Below are positions 45,509 to 53,512 of a stretch of DNA of 64,000 nucleotides, piece by piece. A program made the translations under genes and the position numbers. The first letter of the stretch is position 1; each line of letters opens with the position of its first letter. The stretch lies in assembly GCA_041648505.1 (NCBI GenBank), contig JBAZOY010000001.1:79540-143539 (forward strand). The letters are read 5' to 3'. A model generated the notes under the pieces. The model ran no database searches, was not told where the DNA came from, and worked only from the letters and a program-made list of their open reading frames with translations. The stretch is from Syntrophales bacterium (GTDB lineage Bacteria; Desulfobacterota; Syntrophia; Syntrophales; CG2-30-49-12).

Positions 45509-45799
45509 TCACTCGCTAGCCAGTCTCACCAGGTCTTCGATGGATTCAGGAACCTTGATCAGGTTCTCTTTCCTTGCCTTTGACAGCTTCTTGATTTTGT
45601 TTTCCACTCTGAGTGCGAGACTTCTGCTCCCCAACCTCTTCTCCAGCACCAGGGTCAGAGGGCGCCTACCTCGAAGGTATTTTGACCCGCGGCATCCTTT
45701 TTCCTGGTGCTCTGCAAACCGGCGAGCAACATTAGTTGCAATTCCCGTGTAAAGACTCCCATCGTGGCATCTGATTAAGTACACGTGCCAATTAGACAT
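45509..45799 (-). CDS. GIY-YIG nuclease-family small protein (UPF0213-like)
   Basis: WHVYLIRCHDGSLYTGIATNVARRFAEH. The start is set at the internal Met MSNWHVY. Confidence 0.8.
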   Translation of the reverse strand: MSNWHVYLIRCHDGSLYTGIATNVARRFAEHQEKGCRGSKYLRGRRPLTLVLEKRLGSRSLALRVENKIKKLSKARKENLIKVPESIEDLVRLASE

Positions 45800-45970
45800 A
45801 ATAGAACCCTTCACGTTAGCACTGCCGATTACCGGCACCCCTGCAGAGACCTGGACGTGCCCGATTCGCTCCATGCTAAAACTTCCCGCAAGGGATAGTC
45901 AAGCTGCCGGTTGTAACAGTTCATCTTTTTTGATACTTTTTCGAGAAGATCGGGGGATAGTATACCTGAT

Positions 45971-46096
45971 GCCGGTTTTAAATCAAAGATGAACTCAAGG
46001 CGTCAAGGAGGGGGCGACGCAGGCGTAGATGAAACGTACGTCGAAGAGCCGACGACGATGCCAACGAAGATAGCGCTTTGATTTAGAATTGGAATA
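45971..46096. repeat. Family B repeat, full copy B4 (MITE-like, ~126 bp)
   Basis: Ends GCCGGTTTTAAATCAAAG ... CTTTGATTTAGAATTGGAATAA form terminal inverted repeats. Partial copies lie at 9335-9370, 24686-24740 and 39084-39112. Confidence 0.75.
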
Positions 46097-46283
46097 ACTA
46101 TATCGTTTAAAAATACCCAAACGGATAGGATTACGAACGAATGATTGCTTGAAGAGATTATGTGTTATTTATTGTAGTCAAGATTTTCGGCTGACGCGCC
46201 TGTATAGCAGCTTCCTTTTGGTAATGTGCAAGTGTGATCAAAGAAAAAATGAAGCGTTATTTACATCAATTCCAACATCTTTC

Positions 46284-49193
46284 TCATACCTCCCCCGCTG
46301 TAACAACCACATCAAAGTCCACGGAGAGTTCCTCAAAATGCCTGCGGCCGCACCGGATCTTTTCGGCTTCGGCATTGCGTAGTTTTTCAAAGTCTTTGGT
46401 GCCCTTGGTTTCGCGGACCAGATATAATACCGTGTCGTCATGTTTCAATATTGCCCAGTCGGGGTTGTATTCTCCTATGGGCGTCTCGACCCTAAACCAT
46501 CCCGGCAACTTGACAAAGAGCTTTATGTCTTCCCTCTGGTCGAGTTCCTCCGCAAACTTTCTCTCAATTTCGGAGTCATAAATTACAGCGTCATAGACCG
46601 ATTTCTTTACCTCCAGTCTGTTCGTCAGGTAGCTGATGATTTCCTTGTCCTCGAATAGCCTCATGCTCCATTCCTGATCAGCGATTTTTTCATATTTGAT
46701 GCCATCGATCATCAGCCGGTGCAGTTCCCGTTTAAGAATGCCGACTGCGGCGTCCATGAACCGCTGCGGATTGACGGCGAATTCGGAAAGCCGCCCTGAT
46801 TCGATCAATATTCTGGCAATGGTGGAACGTGTTAGTTCCGTTTCCTTCTGAATGTAGGCGATGATGTCGGGAAGTACGCCAGTAAAGGCGATGTCCGTAA
46901 TCGAACTTCGAATTTCCGTCGTACCGATTCCTTTGTAGGCCGCATCGAGGAGCGCTTCCCGGTAGGAAATGCGGACGGGCTCGACTTTTTCCATCTTCTG
47001 TATGGCCTCAACGGAACGGTTTGCGAGCACCCCCGTAGAATATTCCACAGAATAGGTCGTCTTCGTCTTGATCCGGTTCCAGAGGCTCTCGAAATCCTTA
47101 TCCAGAAAGACCTGCTTGTTGATCCTCAAGGGTCGCTCGTCTTCGTCTTTTTTGATGTGTCTGTCGATTTGATAAGACGCCATGACATCCATGATTTCGT
47201 TCTGTACGTCCTTGAATTCGTCCGGCACGGCAAAGACAAACCCCGGTGCTTTCGGGTTGAAGGCGGGCAGAATCTTTCCATCCTTATCGATATAGCCCTT
47301 TTCTTGAACGGTATTCCAGATCTTCTCGGAGGCATCCCTTCCAAGGGCAGTTTCCTCACCATCTACAACCCGCACGATCCCGGCAAACCCGCCGATGGGG
47401 ATCTTTCCGAAAGTGACCCCACAATCTTCCTCGTATTCCGTCTGGAGCGACCGGGCAAAGTCCTCATAGCTTTCATTGGCCACAACGGTCAGTTTGTTGA
47501 TGTTTTCGTCGAAAACCCGCTCGCCGTCCTGGTTGACGGGTAGCCGCAGTCCCCGACCGATTTCCTGCCGCTTCTTCAGAACGGAAGCCGTCTCGTTGAG
47601 TGTGCATATCTGGAAGACGTTGGGATTGTCCCATCCTTCCCGCAGGGCGGAATGGCTGAAGATGAAGCGGAGCGGTTCGTCAAGAGACAAGAGTTGCTCC
47701 TTGTTTCGCATGATCTTGGTGTAGGTGTCCTCATCCGCCTCAGAGTTCCCCCGCGTATCTTTCAGGACGCCCTTTTTATCCTGTGAGAAGTAGCCGTCAT
47801 GGAGTTTCTCAACCGGATAGGAGAGAAGTCCATGGAAACGAGGCTGGGCAATCAGTTCATTATAGTAATCCTCAAACCATTGGGCAAATTTCCCCTTGGC
47901 AGGTTTGCCCCACTCATCATACGCCCGGTAGTTAGCCACCCGGTCTATAAAAAACAAGGATAGGACTTTAAGCCCCTTGTCTTTAACTTGACACTCCTTT
48001 TCAAGATGCTTCCGGATGGTGTTTCTGATCTGGACTTTCATCAGGTCTTCCCGGATGCCGCCCTGTTCTTCGCCGCGTCGCAGAAAGCGCCCGTTGCTGA
48101 ACCCTACGAATTCATTGCCCGGTTCAGCGCTTATCTCCGAGATGACGTAGCCGTCCCGATAGGCCTCCCGCTCGTTGGAGAGGACGAAAAGATCGGCTCC
48201 CTGTTTCACCTTGACGGTCTTTTCCCGGATGCCGCCCGGTTTGTTTTCATGGATGGCCACTTTTGCGATGATCCCTTTGGTATTGTCCACTTCGACCAGC
48301 TTCGCATACGCGGCATTGAAGGTGTTGGCGCCCTTCGCCTCCGCCACGACAATCTGTTTCACCAGCCGCATCTCGTAGGCCTGGATGGGGTCCAGCTTGT
48401 AAACATGGTTGTAGAGATTCCGGTGTGTCGCCGAATAGCGAAGTGTGCAGAGGGGATTCAGCGTCTTGATGGCCTCCTGAGCCTTGGGCGTATTGTCAAC
48501 GCTTTGAGGTTCGTCGATGATCACAATGGGATTCGTGGCCGTGACGAACTCGATGGGCTGACGGCCTGAAAGCTTGTCGTTCTCCTTGAAGATGACGTTG
48601 CTCTTCTGCTCATCGTCGGTGCCCGTGAAATTCTTGCGGAAGGCGTCGATATTGATGACCATGATTTGAATTGAATTACTCACCGCAAATTGTCGCAGGC
48701 GATTGATCTTCTGAGAGTCGTAAACAAAATACTCATATTCGATATTGTTAAAGAGGGCTTTGAAGTGGTCTTGTGTGATCTCCAGGTTTTTCAGGACGCC
48801 CTCGCGTATCGCCACGCTGGGGACGACGATGACGAATTTCTTGAAGCCGTATTTCCGGCTGAGTTCAAAGATCGTCCTGAGATAGACATACGTCTTACCC
48901 GTTCCCGTTTCCATCTCCACACTGAAGTGAAAGTCCTGTAAAATAGGTATTCGATCAATACCGTGGCGATCCTGAATGGTATTGACATTCGCGAGGAGCG
49001 TTTCATCGTTGATCAGGAGCCGATTCCCCATTCCCAGCTCCGTCTGGACCTGCCCGCTCAACACGCCCTTATAAGAGGTTTCAAAGCGGATTTCAAAATC
49101 CCCCTGGTGCAAGGGCTGACCGTCGAATATGGCCACCACGGCATTGACGGCGTCTATCTGGAATTGTTGCGAGGCGTCGAATTTAAGCTTCAT
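46284..49193 (-). CDS. res: Type III restriction enzyme, Res subunit (SF2 helicase + C-terminal nuclease)
   Basis: METGTGKTYVY (motif I), IIDEPQ (DEAH-like) and ALREGWDNPNV (motif VI), with a C-terminal ...YNPDWAIL...LVRETKG PD-(D/E)xK-like region. It starts 2 nt after mod. Confidence 0.92.
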   Translation of the reverse strand: MKLKFDASQQFQIDAVNAVVAIFDGQPLHQGDFEIRFETSYKGVLSGQVQTELGMGNRLLINDETLLANVNTIQDRHGIDRIPILQDFHFSVEMETGTGKTYVYLRTIFELSRKYGFKKFVIVVPSVAIREGVLKNLEITQDHFKALFNNIEYEYFVYDSQKINRLRQFAVSNSIQIMVINIDAFRKNFTGTDDEQKSNVIFKENDKLSGRQPIEFVTATNPIVIIDEPQSVDNTPKAQEAIKTLNPLCTLRYSATHRNLYNHVYKLDPIQAYEMRLVKQIVVAEAKGANTFNAAYAKLVEVDNTKGIIAKVAIHENKPGGIREKTVKVKQGADLFVLSNEREAYRDGYVISEISAEPGNEFVGFSNGRFLRRGEEQGGIREDLMKVQIRNTIRKHLEKECQVKDKGLKVLSLFFIDRVANYRAYDEWGKPAKGKFAQWFEDYYNELIAQPRFHGLLSYPVEKLHDGYFSQDKKGVLKDTRGNSEADEDTYTKIMRNKEQLLSLDEPLRFIFSHSALREGWDNPNVFQICTLNETASVLKKRQEIGRGLRLPVNQDGERVFDENINKLTVVANESYEDFARSLQTEYEEDCGVTFGKIPIGGFAGIVRVVDGEETALGRDASEKIWNTVQEKGYIDKDGKILPAFNPKAPGFVFAVPDEFKDVQNEIMDVMASYQIDRHIKKDEDERPLRINKQVFLDKDFESLWNRIKTKTTYSVEYSTGVLANRSVEAIQKMEKVEPVRISYREALLDAAYKGIGTTEIRSSITDIAFTGVLPDIIAYIQKETELTRSTIARILIESGRLSEFAVNPQRFMDAAVGILKRELHRLMIDGIKYEKIADQEWSMRLFEDKEIISYLTNRLEVKKSVYDAVIYDSEIERKFAEELDQREDIKLFVKLPGWFRVETPIGEYNPDWAILKHDDTVLYLVRETKGTKDFEKLRNAEAEKIRCGRRHFEELSVDFDVVVTAGEV

Positions 49194-49195
49194 AG

Positions 49196-51184
49196 CTATA
49201 CCGTTCTGAAGGTAATGTTCCGGGTTTTCATGATCTGCACGGCATTGGTCTTGAGCTGGTCGTTGCCTTTGAAGCCTTCGTCCAGGCAGACGACGCGAAC
49301 CGGTTTCATTTCGGCCATCTCTTTGATGACGTCCGGCGTCAAATCCTTTTCCAGACAGATGAGCATGGAACCATCAGCAATAGTGAAAACATCCCTTTCC
49401 GCCAAAACAGTCTTTTCGATTTTCGTGGTCAGGGAGAACCCCGATTTCAGAAGGATTTCGTATAGGATGTTTTCCTGGGAGCTTTGCGGATTGATGTGCT
49501 CGACGAAAAGGGCAATCTGTTTTTTAATGGCTTCTTCATCCTTCGCCACGTCGCCGTCCCAGAGTTTGAAATTAGAAGGCTGGAGCTTGAAGACCTTGAA
49601 ACCAAGATCTGGCTGCGGCTTGGCGGCGGAGAACAGGCCTTTCTTCTTTTCCTGCTCATCTTTGATATTCTTGATAACCCGGCGGATGCGTTCCTTGCCG
49701 ATGTCGGAGATGGTCTTGAATCCGGTTTTGTGGGCTTCGGAATTTTCCTCTGTTGGCTCGGGCAGTTGCACCATAATGAACTTGCGGTTGCCGCCGTCTT
49801 CCTTGTTCAGTTCGAGGACGGCGTGGGCGGTGGTGGCATAGCCAGAAAAAAAATCTAAAACAATATCACCTTCTTTGGTTGCGGTATGCAGGATCTTATT
49901 TATGAAATAGGGTGATTTAGGATAGTCTGGGTTTAAATCATTAAAAAGTCTTTTGAATTCGCGATTAGCAACATCAGTTGAGATATCGCCACCCCACCAA
50001 AAAGATTTTGTCTTCGAAGTCCTCAAGAAATCTTGATCGCCATCATCCGCTTCCTCATCTCCTAAATCAGACATAATGCCTGGCTTTAAATAAACTCTAT
50101 GATCAATATCCCAGCGGCCCTTTTTTTCTGAGTAGCGTGGATGCAAATACTTCAAATTATCTGAGACCTTATCTATTCCCCATCGCCAACGACCATCACT
50201 CCCATCTCCGCGTTTAGGTAAAATTTCTACATCACCATTATTTATACGTTTCAATGAGCAGTACCCTGATTTATGATTAAAAAATATTGAGAAAAACATA
50301 TTAGGCCGGTCTATACGGCGATCTGGCCGTCCTCGTTTCCGTAGGTCTCTTAAAGCAAATCTTTCTCCATTCTCATCTTTATATTTATATTCCTTTAACT
50401 GTTCCTCTGTTAACGGGAGTCCATATGATACAAAATTGCCCCTTGAATAAATAAGCAAATATTCATGACAGGTTGCAACATTTGCTTTATCATTCCTGCC
50501 TTTCATATTGTTAATTACCGTTAGGCTTGCAATGTGGTTCTCCTCGCCAAAAATCTCATTCAGTATACTTCTTAATCCAATAAATTCGTGCTCATCGATC
50601 GAAATAAATATAACCCCATCCTCCCGCAACAGATTCCTTGCCAGAAACAGGCGTGGATATATCATGTTCATCCATTTGGAATGGAATCGACCGTCCGCTT
50701 CCGTGTTCGTGGAGTATTTCCGTCCCTCGTTGTCAATCTGTCCGGTGTAGCGGAGATAGGTGTCCAGACTTTCGCTGTAATCATCAGGATAGATGAAATC
50801 GTTGCCTGTGTTGTAGGGGGGATCGATGTAGATCATCTTGACCTTGCCGAAATAGGACTTCTGAAGGAGCTTCAGGACCTCCAGGTTGTCGCCCTCGATG
50901 AAGAGATTTTCCGTCGTGTCGAAATCTACGGATTCATCGCGGGCGGGCGCCAGGGCAGCGATGCTCGGCTGCTGGATGATCTTGAAGCAGTCGGCCTTCC
51001 CTGGCCAGTTCATCCCGTAGCGTTCCTTTCCCGGATCTACCATTTCTCCAAGGGTCAGCTTGAGCCGTTCAAAGTCAATCTTTTGCCCTTCTGTAAAGGC
51101 CTCAGGAAAGAGGGCTTTGAGCTGTTCCCGTTTTTCCTCAACGATATCAATCGACTTCAGATCCAGCTTTTCAATTTCTGCCAT
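49196..51184 (-). CDS. mod: Type III R-M Mod subunit (N6-adenine DNA methyltransferase, beta class)
   Basis: IYIDPPYNTGNDF (motif IV) precedes VLDFFSGYATTAHA (motif I). The start is set at MAEIEKL with a GGAGGG RBS. The longer listed ORF overlaps abi. Confidence 0.92.
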   Translation of the reverse strand: MAEIEKLDLKSIDIVEEKREQLKALFPEAFTEGQKIDFERLKLTLGEMVDPGKERYGMNWPGKADCFKIIQQPSIAALAPARDESVDFDTTENLFIEGDNLEVLKLLQKSYFGKVKMIYIDPPYNTGNDFIYPDDYSESLDTYLRYTGQIDNEGRKYSTNTEADGRFHSKWMNMIYPRLFLARNLLREDGVIFISIDEHEFIGLRSILNEIFGEENHIASLTVINNMKGRNDKANVATCHEYLLIYSRGNFVSYGLPLTEEQLKEYKYKDENGERFALRDLRKRGRPDRRIDRPNMFFSIFFNHKSGYCSLKRINNGDVEILPKRGDGSDGRWRWGIDKVSDNLKYLHPRYSEKKGRWDIDHRVYLKPGIMSDLGDEEADDGDQDFLRTSKTKSFWWGGDISTDVANREFKRLFNDLNPDYPKSPYFINKILHTATKEGDIVLDFFSGYATTAHAVLELNKEDGGNRKFIMVQLPEPTEENSEAHKTGFKTISDIGKERIRRVIKNIKDEQEKKKGLFSAAKPQPDLGFKVFKLQPSNFKLWDGDVAKDEEAIKKQIALFVEHINPQSSQENILYEILLKSGFSLTTKIEKTVLAERDVFTIADGSMLICLEKDLTPDVIKEMAEMKPVRVVCLDEGFKGNDQLKTNAVQIMKTRNITFRTV

Positions 51185-51215
51185 GAAATAACCCTCCGAA
51201 AGAGGCTGTAAGATA

Positions 51216-52127
51216 TTATGCAACCGGATTATTGTTGTTTTTCCAGATAGGGCAATCCTTCCACTCTTTGGGGAAGCCCATCGGCGCCAAGGGAATATTG
51301 GAATAATCCTCAAGCAGCTTTTCCACCCGATTCGGCCAACGGCTCAACGGCGCTACGTAAGCAATGAGATAGCGAAGCAAGGTTAATACCGCAAAAAGCC
51401 TTTCATTTCTTACTTCGACCGGGGTGTGCCATTCAGGATGCTTGTTGCGCCTTGGAATAGCCGGCTTTATGCCGAGAGCCCGGTTCCATAAGCGGCCATG
51501 ATGAGCGCAAATATTACGTACCTGGTTGAGGCAATGGAGCCAGGAATCCAGGACTTCAGCCGATATTCCGTATACGGCTGCAACATTGCGCCTGATTTCG
51601 GACTCCGTTCCCCGAAATAAAGTGAAAAGCATTCCAAAAGTCATGAGTTCCACGGCCATCCATAACGGCAAGTCGGTTTCCTTTCTGTACTTTTGCCGGT
51701 AGTGCTCAACAAACCGTTCCTGGCTGTGGATGGCTTCCTCGCAGATTTTATGAATCATCTCAATCCTTTTATCATTATTAATTTTTGGAAGATTGGCAGG
51801 ATTGAGATGTCCAAAGGCCCCGTATTTCAAGGTGAAGGTATTGGTCAACTGCGTCCGGACAGCTATCTCTACCCGCTCAATGGCGTCCATGACCAGCAGC
51901 CTCATTTGGCGGTCGAATGTGTACCGCCGCCAGATCATTTCAAAAGTGGTACCTGGCTTTAAAGTGTCATCATCTTGGCGGAAAGGATACCAATAGGCGC
52001 TGAGACGGTAATAACTGACGTTGCTCAGATGAATGAGAAGTGTTTTCTTGTCTGTAACTACCAGACCACGGTTGATTAGGAGGTCGGCCTGCTGATCGAA
52101 AGTGAGAGACGATTTGGTATATTTCAT
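51216..52127 (-). CDS. Abi_2 (AbiD/AbiF-like) abortive-infection family protein
   Basis: MKYTKSSLTFDQQADLLINRGLVV...HLSNVSYYRLSAYWYPF and ...VRNICAHHGRLWNR are characteristic of the Abi_2 family. It lies 31 nt upstream of mod on the same strand. Confidence 0.8.
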   Translation of the reverse strand: MKYTKSSLTFDQQADLLINRGLVVTDKKTLLIHLSNVSYYRLSAYWYPFRQDDDTLKPGTTFEMIWRRYTFDRQMRLLVMDAIERVEIAVRTQLTNTFTLKYGAFGHLNPANLPKINNDKRIEMIHKICEEAIHSQERFVEHYRQKYRKETDLPLWMAVELMTFGMLFTLFRGTESEIRRNVAAVYGISAEVLDSWLHCLNQVRNICAHHGRLWNRALGIKPAIPRRNKHPEWHTPVEVRNERLFAVLTLLRYLIAYVAPLSRWPNRVEKLLEDYSNIPLAPMGFPKEWKDCPIWKNNNNPVA

Positions 52128-52140
52128 ACGGCCCTCGTAT

Positions 52141-52197
52141 AAATAAAAAATCCGCCAAAATTGAGCATGTTTCCGAAGAAACAGAGGCTTGGCGGAT
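52141..52197 (-). terminator. Terminator-like hairpin plus U-run in the abi leader (possible attenuator)
   Basis: The minus strand reads ATCCGCCAA-gcctct-GTTTC-TTCG-GAAAC-atgctcaatt-TTGGCGGAT-TTTTTATTTA, followed by the RBS GAGGG and the abi ATG. Confidence 0.5.
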
Positions 52198-52208
52198 GTG
52201 CTGGTGCT

Positions 52209-52236
52209 ACTATAGCCGTATGCTCAGAAATGTCAA
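52209..52236 (-). promoter_or_regulatory. Sigma-70-type promoter candidate upstream of abi
   Basis: The minus strand reads TTGACA-16 nt-TATAGT. Confidence 0.5.
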
Positions 52237-52678
52237 GTAGATTTTGCAATAAAATTTTCCTTATCTTTTGCATATGTTAAACAATCTTCCAGCGAATCGT
52301 AAATAATTCCTGCTTAATTATGTTCTGTGATCTGCCCCCCCCAAGCTGGTCCAATTTCTTGGGGTAGTTTTGTCTTCATAATCGTCTGACCAGAAATCGT
52401 TGTCGATTGAATATTGACATCAAGAAGAACATCCAGATTTACATTAACTGAAAAACACCCTGTGTCAAGCATTTGTACCTTTCATTCGGCATTCAATAAA
52501 ATGCTCCAATGACCAGAATCAATGATTTGTATTTGAAAGCTTGGACGCATCGTTTTTGCCGATGCTTACCGCTTTCAGGAAGCAATGACTTTTGATTGTC
52601 TTTATACATACTGCCAAGAATACTTTGTCTTATGGCCTATAAGCCGTAAGTATTAATTACCAACTGCATATAATACAC

Positions 52679-53014
52679 TCATTTATCTTCGGGGCCTGAT
52701 ACCGTCTCACGGTGTTCAACCGTTTCTTCCATGGCACGAGTCAAGCATGCTTGTATCAGAGAGATGTAGGTTGCGGTCTCGGGTCCAATGCCTTTTATCA
52801 TCAGTAGTCGTTCATAAGGCTGCTGGAGAACGTAAAAAATGGTTTTGAACTGCTTCAATAGGGCCTTTGCGGTAGGCTTTGTATCAACACGCGGGATGGC
52901 ATATGTCAATAAGAGTTCGATCAATTCGTAATCGGCAAGGACCTTGCCGTAATTCACCACCAACATTTTATGATGATTGAATTTACAGCATAAATGATGA
53001 TTATTGTCGTGCAT
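52679..53014 (-). pseudogene. RadC-like N-terminal (helix-hairpin-helix) fragment lacking the JAB domain
   Basis: ...YELIELLLTYAIPRVDTKPTAKALLKQFKTIFYVLQQPYERLLMIKGIGPETATYISLIQ matches the RadC/UPF0758 N-terminal region. The ORF stops before any JAB/MPN motif, and the downstream frames are broken. Confidence 0.6.
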
Positions 53015-53512
53015 TGAGGTGAATGTAAATTATCAGCAAACGCCCTTCCTTCCCGAATTTAATGAAATTAGGTGGTGGATTTGGGCGGAATCTCAAGGCT
53101 TTCAAAATTTTGCAAGATAGGATATATGATATTAAGGGTATATGCATTGTTGAAAAATAGAATAGAATTATCCATAGAAAATAGCATTCTGTATTAGAGA
53201 GTCACTCTATTGTTCTGACGCGATTTACGAATCCTGTGGTATCTTGGTAAGCTCTGCAAGGATGCCTGAAGAGAAGAAAGAGTTGCGAGGCGCAATTTGC
53301 AGGTGCGCGGGAAGAACCGAACATATGAAATAGGGGAGCTTGGAAGATTTGCAAAGGGCTGCCCGGGGAAAAGGCAAGCCCTGACCGTTGCCAAGAGTGG
53401 CGGTGCTTATGACTTTGTTTTCTTGAATAGTGTTGACTTGGTGGTGAACAAAATCCGTAGCTGAAAAGAGTATTAAGTCAGTTTCCCTTAATTATATAAG
53501 GAAGTGGAGATT

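Noticed and set aside
47988-48569. 193-aa plus-strand ORF (and other long plus-strand ORFs at 47157-47543 and 48963-49841) inside res and mod
   Set aside because: These are antisense open frames of a GC-rich, strongly supported coding region. They show no recognisable motifs or RBS.
52198-52680. Possible type III toxin-antitoxin (ToxIN/AbiQ-like) antitoxin RNA repeats upstream of the terminator and abi gene
   Set aside because: I found no tandem direct repeats in the ~480 nt upstream. Abi_2 is also not a ToxN/AbiQ-family endoribonuclease.
53015-53503. Possible riboswitch or ncRNA in the ~490-nt gap upstream of iorA (local hairpins such as TTGCG-AGG-CGCAA and AGGGCT...AGCCCT)
   Set aside because: I could not match it to any ncRNA or riboswitch consensus I know (c-di-GMP, cobalamin, 6S, SRP, RNase P). 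The hairpins alone are insufficient. A cmscan would be needed.
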